From positions 125,238 through 189,237 of the forward strand of contig CAMYLJ010000022.1 in NCBI GenBank assembly GCA_947259215.1: a DNA stretch of 64,000 nucleotides. The letters run 5' to 3'. The notes below the pieces were generated by a model that had not been told where the DNA came from, searched no databases, and worked only from the letters and a program-made list of their open reading frames with translations. Position 1 is the first letter of the stretch. Every line of letters starts with the position of its first letter. Source of the stretch: an uncultured delta proteobacterium (GTDB lineage Bacteria; Myxococcota_A; UBA9160; JAFDET01). Positions 37,372 to 46,578 of this stretch are shown here, one piece after another. Made by a program: the position numbers and the translations under genes.

Positions 37372-38592
37372 GTGGCCCACCCCCTCGCCACCCGCGCCTC
37401 CCTCTACTGGCGGCTCTTCCGGGGCGTGCTCGAGAACCCGCGCTTCTACCACTTCGTGCTGCGGGGCGGACCGTACGAGAAGACCGCGCGGCGCCTGGCC
37501 GCCGGTGACCTCCCGGGCAAGGGCGAGCACTACCCGGTCAAGCTCGACCTGCGCATCGTCTACTCCTGCAACCTCCGCTGCAAGATGTGCGGCCAGTGGG
37601 GCGACACGGGCACGTTCTTCGACTACGACCAGGCCAAGCTGCGCCAGCACCTCTCCGTGGACGCGATCCGCAGCGTCGTGGAGGAGCTCGTCCCCCACGG
37701 CCTGCGCTACGTGGACATGGAGGGCGGCGAGACCTTCCTTCACCCGCAGATCATGGACCTGCTCCGGATGCTGAAGTCCCACGGGCTCTTCGTGAAGCCG
37801 GTCACCAATGGCACGCGCCTCGATCGCTTCGCCGACGAGATCGTGGACTCGCGGATCGAGGCCCTGCACGTCTCGCTCGACGGCGATCGCGAGGCCAACA
37901 ACCACGTGCGGGGCTTCGACTGGGCCTACGACAAAGCCATGGACGGCCTGCGCGCCGTGGCGGAGGCGCGCCGCCGCGCCGGACGCCACACGCCGCTGCT
38001 CCAGATCAGCTTCACCATGACGCGGCACAACAACGCCGAGTCGCTGGTGAAGCTCTGCGAGGACGTCTCCGGCCAGGGTCTCGTCGATGTGATCTCGATC
38101 AAGGCGAGCCCGATCTGGCTGCCCGAGGAGAAGGGGCGCGCCTACCAGGAGCTGGTAAGCCGCTACCTCGGCGTCCACGAGAGCGTCGACAGCTGGAAGG
38201 GGTTCGTCGAGGACTACTCGGACTTCGGCGACGACGCCCGGCGCATCGCGGACGTCATCGCGGACCTGAAGCGGCGTAGCTTCGACTTCTTCGTCGACGC
38301 CCTGCCGAGCATCGACCTGAAGCAGCTGCCGCGCATGTACCAGGACCACGACTGGGACCTGGGGCGCAGCCACTGCCCGATTCCGTACGTCGAGCCCACC
38401 ATCGAGGCCGATGGCAACGTCTACGCCTGCAACCTCTACACCGACGAATCCATGTCGATGGGCAACATCCACGAGCGGCCCTTCCTCGACATCTGGTTCG
38501 GCGAGAAGTTCCAGGCCTTTCGCAAGATGCTGAACGAGGAAGGCGGGCTGCTGCCCATCTGCAACCGCTGCTGCCAGCTCGTCGAGAACTAG
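37372..38592 (+). CDS. Radical SAM enzyme with a SPASM/twitch-like C-terminal Cys-rich domain
   Basis: It starts 4 nt after the hpnI stop. It has CxxxCxxC in YSCNLRCKMCGQWG, GGETFLH, and C-terminal cysteines (HCPIPY, YACNLY, PICNRCCQL). It does not look like HpnH, HpnP or HpnR. Confidence 0.85.
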   Translation: MAHPLATRASLYWRLFRGVLENPRFYHFVLRGGPYEKTARRLAAGDLPGKGEHYPVKLDLRIVYSCNLRCKMCGQWGDTGTFFDYDQAKLRQHLSVDAIRSVVEELVPHGLRYVDMEGGETFLHPQIMDLLRMLKSHGLFVKPVTNGTRLDRFADEIVDSRIEALHVSLDGDREANNHVRGFDWAYDKAMDGLRAVAEARRRAGRHTPLLQISFTMTRHNNAESLVKLCEDVSGQGLVDVISIKASPIWLPEEKGRAYQELVSRYLGVHESVDSWKGFVEDYSDFGDDARRIADVIADLKRRSFDFFVDALPSIDLKQLPRMYQDHDWDLGRSHCPIPYVEPTIEADGNVYACNLYTDESMSMGNIHERPFLDIWFGEKFQAFRKMLNEEGGLLPICNRCCQLVEN

Positions 38593-40244
38593 GGCGCCAG
38601 GCGGTAGACGACGCGGCCGCCGGCTGCGTCGAGCGTCTCCGCGCGAAGCCCGAGGCGCTCGAGCCGGCCCTCGAGCACCTCGGGCTCTCCCACCAGGAAG
38701 ACCTCTCTTCGCTCGGCGACGAGCCCGGACAGCGCGGCGTCGTCCAGGATCAGGGCCTGGCGCTCCGCCTGGTGGAACGCCATGCGGCTGCCCTCGGACG
38801 CCGCCAGCACCGACACCGGCGCCCGGACGTAGAAGGCGAGCAACGCCACGTGCTCGAACTCCGGCGGCTCCACGGAGACGAGGAGCGCGTCGTCCCCGGC
38901 CAGCTCGTTGAAGCGATCCGCGGCGAACTTGCGCGACTCCTCGGCGTACTGGACCCGGTAGGTGGAGCGGGTCACCTGGAAGAGCACCACGCAGACGACG
39001 GCGATGCAGGCCAGCGCCAGCGCGGCGCGCCCGACCGCGAACGCCAGCGCGGCGCCGAGACCGAAGAGGCCCGTGGCGGCCAGGAAGATGATGGCCAGCT
39101 CGAGGGACGGGATCCCGAGCTGCGCCACGAAGGCGGAGTCGCGTCCCAGGCCCAGGACCGCCAGCGACCCGATCGCGAGCCCGGTCACCAGGAACCAGGG
39201 CATTGCCCAGGCGCGTTCCGACGAGAAGCGCTTCTGGTCGAGCATGTCGGACAGGCATACGGCCATGGCCAGCAGCACGGGCGGATAGACCTGGAGCCCG
39301 TAGGCATCCACCTTGCTCGCCGAGAGCGAGTAGGTGACCAGCGGGATCGCGGCCCAGGCGCCGAGCAGCACCAGCCGGTCCGCCGGCAGGACGCGCGCTC
39401 GCACGCCGCGCGCCAGGTCGCCGGCCGCCGCGGGCAGGTGCAGGATCCAGGGGAAGAGCTCCGCGGCCACGAGCGCGAGCCAGAGCCCGGTGGGGAAGAG
39501 CGCGTCGTTGGACACCATGGAGCCCGTGAAGCGACGCAGGTGCTCGTTCAGGAGGAAGACCTCCAGGAAGTCCGGATGCCGCACCGCCATGGTGACGAGC
39601 CACGGGCCGACCAGCGCCAGGAAGACCGCCGGCCCGACGGGATGGAAGAGCCGCCAGAGCGGGCTCCCGTCCCGACACCAGAGCCGGTGGCAGAGCGCCG
39701 TCCCGCCCGGCACGAAGACGCCGGGCAGCCCCTTGGCCAGGAAGCCCAGCGCCATGGCGGCGTAGAAGGCGGCCAGCCAGGAGAGCGCGCCGGTCTGGTG
39801 GAAACGCCAGTACGCCGCCACCGCCGCGATGGTCGGCGCCACCAGCGCGAACTCGATCCCGGCGTCGAGCCCGTAGACGTACACCTCGGTGGTGAGGAGA
39901 AAGAGCACGAAGGCGAAGAAGCTCGTGCGCCGGTCGAAGAGCATGGCGCCGAGCAGCGCCAGCAGGCCCGCCGAGGCGAGCGCCCAGGCCAGGTTCGAGA
40001 TGCGGGCGGCCGCCTCGCTCACGCCGAAGCCGGTGTAGAGCAGCGCCGTCGGCCAGTAGGAGAGCGGCGGCTTCTCGTAATAGGCGGCGTAGTCCAGGTG
40101 GGGCGTCAGCCAGTCGCCGAGCTCGACCATCTCGCGCGGGATCTCCGCGTACTTCGCCTCGGAGTCGCGCAGCGGCCGATCGACGCCCGGGAGGTAGACG
40201 GCGGCCGCCACGACCACGACGAGGAGCCACCAGCCGAAACGCAC
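38589..40244 (-). CDS. ArnT-like GT-C glycosyltransferase (family 39/83), paralog 1
   Basis: 551 aa and polytopic. The first periplasmic loop DSEAKYAEIPREMVELGDWLTPHLDYAAYYEKPPLSYW closely resembles E. coli ArnT (RYAEISREM ... YFEKP) as I recall it. Confidence 0.85.
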   Translation of the reverse strand: MRFGWWLLVVVVAAAVYLPGVDRPLRDSEAKYAEIPREMVELGDWLTPHLDYAAYYEKPPLSYWPTALLYTGFGVSEAAARISNLAWALASAGLLALLGAMLFDRRTSFFAFVLFLLTTEVYVYGLDAGIEFALVAPTIAAVAAYWRFHQTGALSWLAAFYAAMALGFLAKGLPGVFVPGGTALCHRLWCRDGSPLWRLFHPVGPAVFLALVGPWLVTMAVRHPDFLEVFLLNEHLRRFTGSMVSNDALFPTGLWLALVAAELFPWILHLPAAAGDLARGVRARVLPADRLVLLGAWAAIPLVTYSLSASKVDAYGLQVYPPVLLAMAVCLSDMLDQKRFSSERAWAMPWFLVTGLAIGSLAVLGLGRDSAFVAQLGIPSLELAIIFLAATGLFGLGAALAFAVGRAALALACIAVVCVVLFQVTRSTYRVQYAEESRKFAADRFNELAGDDALLVSVEPPEFEHVALLAFYVRAPVSVLAASEGSRMAFHQAERQALILDDAALSGLVAERREVFLVGEPEVLEGRLERLGLRAETLDAAGGRVVYRLAP

Positions 40245-40332
40245 GGCCTACCTCCGCGGCGGAGGGTAGCCAGGGGCCCCGGGTTGTCAGCGCGGCCGGC
40301 TGCCCTAGCTTTCGGCTCGAGGAGGGGGCTCC

Positions 40333-41364
40333 GTGCGCATCGGCATCCTCGGGGCCAACGGCTTCATCGGAAGCAATCTGACCCAGCACATCCTGGAGCA
40401 GCAGGACTGGGACGTCTGGGGCCTGGACCTGGACGCCACCCGCCTGGAGGAGCTGGGCCCGAATCCACGCCTGAAGGTCACCCGCGGGGACATCCTGCGC
40501 GAGCACGACCTGGTGGAGGAGATGGTGGCGGGCTGCGACGTGGTGCTTCCCCTGGCTGCCATCGCCACACCCATCAGCTATGTGCGCCACCCGCTCTCCG
40601 TCTTCGAGCTGACCTTCGAGGCCAACCTGCGCGTGGTGCGGGCCTGCGTCCGCCATGGCAAGCGCGTGGTCTTCCCGTCGAGCTCCGAGGTCTACGGCAT
40701 GAGCGACGAGCCGCCCTTCGAAGAGGGCACCACGAAGCTCGTGCTGGGCCCGATCGACAAGCACCGCTGGATCTACGCCTGCTCGAAGCAGCTCCTGGAC
40801 CGGGTGATCCACGCCTACGGACTCGAGGAAGGCCTGGCCTACTCGATCTTCCGACCCTTCAACTGGATCGGGCCGCGCCTCGACAACGTGCTCGACGCCC
40901 GCGAGGGCAGCTCGCGGGTGCTGACCCAGTTCATCGGGAACGTGGTGCGGGGCGAGAGCATCCAGCTGGTGGACGGCGGCTTCCAGCGCCGCTGCTTCCT
41001 CTACATCGACGACGCGATCGACGCGCTGGTGCGGATCATCGCCAACGAGGACGGCTGCGCGGACGGGCGCATCTTCAACGTGGGCAACCCCGCCAACGAC
41101 CTCTCGATCCGGGAGCTGGGCGAGCTCCTGCTCGAGCTCTTCGAGGCGATCCCGGGCTACGAGACCGTGCGCGAACGCGTCGGCCTCGTGGACGTGCCCT
41201 CGAAGGAGTACTACGGCAAGGGCTACCAGGACATCGCCGTGCGCTCGCCCTCGATCCGGAACGCCGAGCAGTTCCTGGGCTGGAAGCCCAGCACGGACCT
41301 GCGAAGTGCCATCGGGCGCACCATCGACTTCTACCTCGACGAGGTCGCGCGGGCGCAGGCGTAG
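40333..41364 (+). CDS. arnA: UDP-glucuronate oxidative decarboxylase, free-standing ArnA C-terminal domain homolog
   Basis: 343 aa, collinear with the E. coli ArnA C-domain as I recall it (GANGFIGSNL, VVLPLAAIATPISY, FPSSSEVYGM, WIYACSKQLLDRVI, FRPFNWIGPRLD, YYGKGYQDI..RSPSIRNA). Confidence 0.9.
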   Translation: MRIGILGANGFIGSNLTQHILEQQDWDVWGLDLDATRLEELGPNPRLKVTRGDILREHDLVEEMVAGCDVVLPLAAIATPISYVRHPLSVFELTFEANLRVVRACVRHGKRVVFPSSSEVYGMSDEPPFEEGTTKLVLGPIDKHRWIYACSKQLLDRVIHAYGLEEGLAYSIFRPFNWIGPRLDNVLDAREGSSRVLTQFIGNVVRGESIQLVDGGFQRRCFLYIDDAIDALVRIIANEDGCADGRIFNVGNPANDLSIRELGELLLELFEAIPGYETVRERVGLVDVPSKEYYGKGYQDIAVRSPSIRNAEQFLGWKPSTDLRSAIGRTIDFYLDEVARAQA

Positions 41365-41374
41365 CTCCGGGCTC

Positions 41375-42286
41375 GTGGCCACACCCCGACTCGCCATCAA
41401 GGTGGACGTAGACACCGAGCGCGGCACGCGCGACGGTGTCCCGCCGCTGGCGCGCGCGTTCGAGCGGGCCGGGGCGCCGGCCAGCTTCTACTTCTCCCTG
41501 GGCCCCGACAACACGGGACGCGCGCTACGCCGGGTCTTCCGGCGCGGCTTCGTCGGCAAGGTGACGCGCACGAACGTGCTGGGTACCTACGGCGTGCGCA
41601 CCCTGCTGAACGGAGTCCTGTGGCCCGGTCCGCGGATCGCCGCCCGCCACGCCGATCTGCTGCGCGGCGTGCGCGATGCGGGCTTCGAGGTGGGCGTCCA
41701 CTGCTGGGACCACGTGCGCTGGCAGGACCAGCTGCACGGGTGGGACGCGGACACGACGACGCGCGAGCTGGGCAAGGCGCTCGACGCCTTCCGCGAGGTC
41801 TTCGGCGAGCCCGCCGCCACCGCCGCCGCGGCCGGCTGGCAGGCCAACGCCAACTCGCTGGCCGCCTACGACGCCGCGGAGCTGCTCTACGCCAGCGACG
41901 CCCGCGGCCGCACGCCCTTCTGGCCCGTCTGCGACGGCCGGCGCTTCCGCACGCTCCAGATCCCGTCGACCTTGCCGACCCTGGACGAGCTGCTGGGACG
42001 GCCGGAGCACCCGGAGGCGGACCTGGTGGACCAGTACCTGGCCTGGCTGGACCCGGAGCGTCTCAATGTGTTCACGATGCACGCCGAGATCGAGGGCATG
42101 CGCATGCGGCCCTGGCTCGAGGGCTTCCTCGACGCCTGCCGGTCCGCGGGCGTGCGCTTCACGGCCCTCGCCGACGAGGCGCGGCGCCTCCGCGAAGCAC
42201 CCGACGCCGCGCCCGCCTGCCAGCTCGAGCAGGACGAGATCCCGGGCCGCAGCGGCCGCCTGGCCGTGCAGGGCGCCGACGTCTAG
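41375..42286 (+). CDS. arnD: 4-deoxy-4-formamido-L-arabinose-phosphoundecaprenol deformylase ArnD (polysaccharide deacetylase fold)
   Basis: GTG at 41375. It has LAIKVDVDTERGTRDGVP, FYFSLGPDNTGR, GVHCWDH, AAAGWQA and MHAEIEG, which parallel E. coli ArnD. Confidence 0.88.
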   Translation: MATPRLAIKVDVDTERGTRDGVPPLARAFERAGAPASFYFSLGPDNTGRALRRVFRRGFVGKVTRTNVLGTYGVRTLLNGVLWPGPRIAARHADLLRGVRDAGFEVGVHCWDHVRWQDQLHGWDADTTTRELGKALDAFREVFGEPAATAAAAGWQANANSLAAYDAAELLYASDARGRTPFWPVCDGRRFRTLQIPSTLPTLDELLGRPEHPEADLVDQYLAWLDPERLNVFTMHAEIEGMRMRPWLEGFLDACRSAGVRFTALADEARRLREAPDAAPACQLEQDEIPGRSGRLAVQGADV

Positions 42287-43941
42287 GGGTTCGCTCCTGC
42301 CTCGAGCAACACCAGGTGCAGCTCCCGCTTGCTCCCCGACACGTGTTGGGCGAGCACGCGGTGCGGGATCCCTGCCGCGGCGAACTCCGCGTAGTCGCCG
42401 CGCCCGCGCTTGCCCTCGATCAGGGCGTAGACCGGCGCGCCGTCGGCCGCCAGGGCGCCGAGCGCGGCAGGGTCGTCCACGATGGCCATGCGTAGGTCCG
42501 TGTAGAAGGCCGCCAGGCCGCGGGTCGTCTCCGTCGGGTCGAGGAGGTTCAGCACCGCGTCGTCCGGCACGTGACGCACGACCTGGTCGAGCGCGGGGCG
42601 CATGGTGCGCACGGGATCCAGCGGCACGAGCGCCAGCTGGAGACCGATCGCCCAACCCAGACACACCAGCGCGACCGTGCGCAGCCACCCTGCGGCCGGC
42701 GTCGGCGCCGGCTGGCGCGCCAGCCACCAGGCCGCGGCCGCGAAGAGCGCCACGCCGAGCACGGCCCACGGCCAGAAGCCGGCGCTCGCTCCGAGGCCGA
42801 TGCCGACGCCGAGCCCCGCTGCCGCCAGCACCGCTGCGGCGGCGACGGCGACCGCCGCCCAGATGCGCGCGAACCGCATCTCCCACCCGGAAGCCGCGAG
42901 ACCGGCGACCATCCACCACCCCGTCAACAGCGCCAGGGGCGGAAACACCGGAAGCAGGTAGAGACCGCGCTTCGTGCCCGCCAGGGAGAGCACCGCCACC
43001 GCGGGCAGGCTGGCCGCGATCAGCAGCCGCAGCCCGTCGCGCTCGTCCTCGGGCAGCGCCCGCCAGTGTCGCCACCCCGCCAGGCCGGCCAGGATCGCGA
43101 GCGGCGACCACGGGAGGAAGTCCACGGGCAGCTCGACCAGGTAGTAGCTGAGCGGCCGCTCGTGGCCGCCGGTGTACTCGCCCAGCGACGGCAGGAAGCG
43201 TCCGAGCTGGTTGTACACGAGAAAGGTGTGCAGCGCCTCGCCGCCCGCGTCGACCCACACGCGCCACAGCCAGAGCGAGATGACCCCGACGACCGTCAGC
43301 GCGCCGACGAAGAGGTGCACGCCGAAGAACTCGCGCAGACGACCGCTCCACACGAGGTACACGATGATGCCGAGCGCCGGCACAGCGACGCCGACGACGC
43401 CCTTGGCCAGGAACGCCGCCGCGACGCAGGCGTACATGCCGGCCAGCCAGCCCCGCCGCGTCCAGCCGGCCGGTGTGCGCGCGCGGGCGAAGCAGGCCAG
43501 CACGCCGGTGGTGGCGAGCACGAGCGCCGAATCCACGATCACCCAGTGGCTGGGCTGCACGAAGCCCCAGGCGCTGGCGAGCACGAGGGCGCCGAGCAGA
43601 CTCGCCTCCCGCGACAGGAACGCCCGGCCGAGCGCGTAGCTGGCGAAGAGGCTCGCCAGCCCGAAGACCGCCGAGGGCAGTCGCGCCAGCGCCGCGCTCG
43701 TGCGCCCGAAGGCCTCGAACACCAGCACCTGCGACCACCAGAAGAGCGGCGGCTTCTCGAGAAACGGAAGCCCGGTGAGGCGCGGCACGGCCCAGCTTCC
43801 GGACTGCCACATCTCGCGCCCGATGCCGGAGACCCGCGGCTCGTCGGGCGTCCAGAGCTCGTGGTTCGCGATGCCCGCCGCGGCGACGGCGAGTCCGACG
43901 AACGCCAGGGTCACGAGCGGGCGCGCCAGCGCTCGGGTCAC
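42283..43941 (-). CDS. ArnT-like GT-C glycosyltransferase, paralog 2
   Basis: 552 aa and polytopic, with the loop WTPDEPRVSGIGREMWQSGSWAVPRLTGLPFLEKPPLFWW. Confidence 0.85.
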   Translation of the reverse strand: MTRALARPLVTLAFVGLAVAAAGIANHELWTPDEPRVSGIGREMWQSGSWAVPRLTGLPFLEKPPLFWWSQVLVFEAFGRTSAALARLPSAVFGLASLFASYALGRAFLSREASLLGALVLASAWGFVQPSHWVIVDSALVLATTGVLACFARARTPAGWTRRGWLAGMYACVAAAFLAKGVVGVAVPALGIIVYLVWSGRLREFFGVHLFVGALTVVGVISLWLWRVWVDAGGEALHTFLVYNQLGRFLPSLGEYTGGHERPLSYYLVELPVDFLPWSPLAILAGLAGWRHWRALPEDERDGLRLLIAASLPAVAVLSLAGTKRGLYLLPVFPPLALLTGWWMVAGLAASGWEMRFARIWAAVAVAAAAVLAAAGLGVGIGLGASAGFWPWAVLGVALFAAAAWWLARQPAPTPAAGWLRTVALVCLGWAIGLQLALVPLDPVRTMRPALDQVVRHVPDDAVLNLLDPTETTRGLAAFYTDLRMAIVDDPAALGALAADGAPVYALIEGKRGRGDYAEFAAAGIPHRVLAQHVSGSKRELHLVLLEAGANP

Positions 43942-43993
43942 GGCTTGCCTCCGCGCTCGCAGCTAGCACAGCGCAGGGGGAGGGGCTATAGGG

Positions 43994-45664
43994 GTGGCCG
44001 TGTCCCTCGACGCGCCCACGGCGGCCGAGCCCTGGCGCCTTCCCGTCCTAGCCGGGGGGATCGCGTTCGTCTACCTGGCGGCCGGCGTCTTCGACCACGG
44101 GATCTGGTCGCCCACCGAGCCGGCGGTGGCGGGCGTCGTCTGGAACATGCTCGACCGCGGCCTGGTGGTGGCGCCGCACATCGACGTGCACGCGTATCTC
44201 GAGAAGCCACCGCTCTACTACTGGCTCGGCTGGCTCGCGGTCCGACTGCACGGCGACCTCGACGCGGGCTGGCTGCGGCTGCCGGCAGCGCTGCTGGGCC
44301 TGGTCTGCCTGGCCGCCGTCGGTTGGAGCGTGCGCCGCCGGCACGGGGACGCCGTGGCCTGCGCCGTCCTGCCGCTGGCGGCCGTGGTCTACCCGCTCTG
44401 GGAGCTCGCACACCGCGCGACGCCCGACGTGGCGGCCCTGGCCTTCGCGTTCGTGGCCTTCGCGCTCTTCGAGCGCAGCCTCGCCGGCGCGGGCACACCC
44501 GCGCCGCGTCGAACCTGGCCCTGGGACCTGGCGCTGGCCGTCAGCCTGGCCGCGTCCTTCTACGCCAAGAACTTCTTCGTCGTCTACGTGGTAGCGCCGC
44601 CGGTGGCGGCGGTCCTGCTCTGGCAACGTGCCTGGGGCCGGCTGGCGCTCCTGGCCGGCGCCAGCGCCGCGTGCGTAGCGCTCTTCGTGGCGCCGTGGGC
44701 GGCCGCGCTCCACGCGGCCGATCCCGACTACGTGCGCGTCGTCTTCGTCGACAACACCCTCGGGCGCTTCGTCGACCTGCCCGCGGAGGCACGGCCTGCG
44801 CTGGGCCCGTTGAACGACGCCTACGACGCCGAGCGCGACGGGCCGCCCTGGATCTACCTGGCGCACTTCGCCGCCATCGTGGCGCCGTGGTCGCTGGCCT
44901 TCCTGGCCGGACTCGGCGCGCTGGCGCGGCGCCAGGGCGACGCGCGTCGCGGCTTCCAGATCGCGGCGCTCGTCGGCGTGCCCCTGGTCCTGATGCTCTC
45001 GTCGTCGCGCAACGCCGGCTACCTGCGGCCGCTGCTCTTCGTGCACCTGCTGGTGATCGCGGACCTGCTGGCGGAGGCCGCGCGCGGCGGCGTCCTGGCC
45101 CGCTGGGAGCGCGGGCTCGTGCTCGCGAACGGAGCGATCGTCGCGCTCGCGGTGGTGGGACTGCCGGTCGCGCTCGGCGTCGTCTTCGACACGCCCGCGC
45201 TCTTCGTGTGGGGAGCGGTCTGCGCCATCGCGCTCGCCCTCGGAGCGCGGCACTGGCGGGGGGCGTGGCTCCACTGGCGCAACGTGTCGACGGCCGGGGC
45301 GCTCGCCGTCGTCGGCCTCGCGGGAACCTGGCTGCTCGCTGTCCCCGCCATCGACGAGCGGCGCTCGGTGGCGGCCTTCTACGGCGACGTGGCCGTCGCG
45401 TCCTCCGGCCGCACGCTCCACACCACGCTCGTCGACGACCGGCGACTTCCGCTCGTGGGCTGGTACCTGCGACGCACCGCACCCGTGGTCGAGCCGGAGC
45501 GCGTCCCGGAGCTCCTGGCCGCGGAGGATCCGGTGGGAGTCGTGATGCTGCGCCGCGAGTACGAGGCCGGGCGGCGCCGCATCGACCCCGTGGCCCCGAT
45601 CATCGTCAGCGTGGACGACGGCAAGGCCCGGAAGCTCGTCTTCGTGGCGAACGACGCGCGCTAG
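43994..45664 (+). CDS. ArnT-like GT-C glycosyltransferase, paralog 3 (most divergent)
   Basis: 556 aa and polytopic, with the loop WSPTEPAVAGVVWNMLDRGLVVAPHIDVHAYLEKPPLYYW. The acidic pair of the other two paralogs (DxE/DE) reads TE here. Confidence 0.8.
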   Translation: MAVSLDAPTAAEPWRLPVLAGGIAFVYLAAGVFDHGIWSPTEPAVAGVVWNMLDRGLVVAPHIDVHAYLEKPPLYYWLGWLAVRLHGDLDAGWLRLPAALLGLVCLAAVGWSVRRRHGDAVACAVLPLAAVVYPLWELAHRATPDVAALAFAFVAFALFERSLAGAGTPAPRRTWPWDLALAVSLAASFYAKNFFVVYVVAPPVAAVLLWQRAWGRLALLAGASAACVALFVAPWAAALHAADPDYVRVVFVDNTLGRFVDLPAEARPALGPLNDAYDAERDGPPWIYLAHFAAIVAPWSLAFLAGLGALARRQGDARRGFQIAALVGVPLVLMLSSSRNAGYLRPLLFVHLLVIADLLAEAARGGVLARWERGLVLANGAIVALAVVGLPVALGVVFDTPALFVWGAVCAIALALGARHWRGAWLHWRNVSTAGALAVVGLAGTWLLAVPAIDERRSVAAFYGDVAVASSGRTLHTTLVDDRRLPLVGWYLRRTAPVVEPERVPELLAAEDPVGVVMLRREYEAGRRRIDPVAPIIVSVDDGKARKLVFVANDAR

Positions 45665-46578
45665 GAGCCGTCGGGAACGCGGGCGCCCAGCCACTCGCGC
45701 CCGGATACGGACGCGCCGCCTTCCCCACTCACCTCCACCAGCTCCAACAGCCCCTCGCCGGTGCCCACCAGCGGGGCGCCGTCGTCGCCCACCACCAGCG
45801 CGCCGGGCGACGCGCTTCCCGAGCGCACCTCGGCCCACCACACGAAGACGCGCCGGCCGGCGATCTCCCCGAAGGCGCCGGGCCACGGACGGGTGACCGC
45901 GCGCACCAGGTTGCGGATCGACTCCGCCGGCTGGGCCCAGTCGATCTCGCCGTCGGCGGCAGAGCGCCCGCCGAAGTAGCGCGCCGCGACGTGGTCCTGA
46001 GGCTCGCGCGGCGCGGTCCCTGCGGCCAGCCGCGGCACCATCTCGCGCAGCAGGACGCGGCCGGCCGCCGCCAGCTTGCGCGTCACGCTGAGCGCCGTGT
46101 CGTCCCGCTCGATCGCGACGGCGCGGCGGCCCACCACGTCGCCGTGGTCCGGCTTCGCGTCCATGTAGTGGAGCGTCACGCCCGTCTCGGACTCGCCGTG
46201 CAGGATCGCCCAGTTCACCGGCGCGCGGCCGCGGTAGTGAGGCAACAGCGAGCCGTGCAGGTTGAGGGCGCCGAGCCGGGGCAGCTCCAGGATCGGCGGC
46301 CGCAGCAGCTTGCGGAAGTAGAACGAGAAGAGCAGGTCGGGTCGCGCTTTGGTGAGCGTCTCCACCACGTCGGGGGCGTTCGGATCGTCGGGGACGAGGA
46401 CCGGGATCCCGGCGCCCACGGCGAGGTCCGCCACCGAGCCGAACCAGCGCTCCTCGCCGGGGTCGTCGGCGTGGGTCACCACCAGCGGGATCTCCACGCC
46501 CAGCTCGATCAGCTCCGAGAGCGCGGCGTGGCCCACCTCCTGGTAGGCGCAGACCACGCAACGCGCGGGAATGCTCAC
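45661..46578 (-). CDS. arnA: UDP-L-Ara4N formyltransferase, free-standing ArnA N-terminal domain homolog
   Basis: The GTG start overlaps the arnC stop. It has formyltransferase motifs (NLHGSLLPHYRGRAPVNWAI, GVTLHYMD..PDHGD). Confidence 0.88.
   Translation of the reverse strand: MSIPARCVVCAYQEVGHAALSELIELGVEIPLVVTHADDPGEERWFGSVADLAVGAGIPVLVPDDPNAPDVVETLTKARPDLLFSFYFRKLLRPPILELPRLGALNLHGSLLPHYRGRAPVNWAILHGESETGVTLHYMDAKPDHGDVVGRRAVAIERDDTALSVTRKLAAAGRVLLREMVPRLAAGTAPREPQDHVAARYFGGRSAADGEIDWAQPAESIRNLVRAVTRPWPGAFGEIAGRRVFVWWAEVRSGSASPGALVVGDDGAPLVGTGEGLLELVEVSGEGGASVSGREWLGARVPDGS

Noticed and set aside
40245-40332. A near-palindrome cctacctccgcggcggagggtagc in the ArnT1/arnA-decarboxylase divergent spacer as an operator
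   Set aside because: The arms are imperfect (one indel), and GC-rich near-palindromes of this size are frequent here. The support is not strong enough to call.
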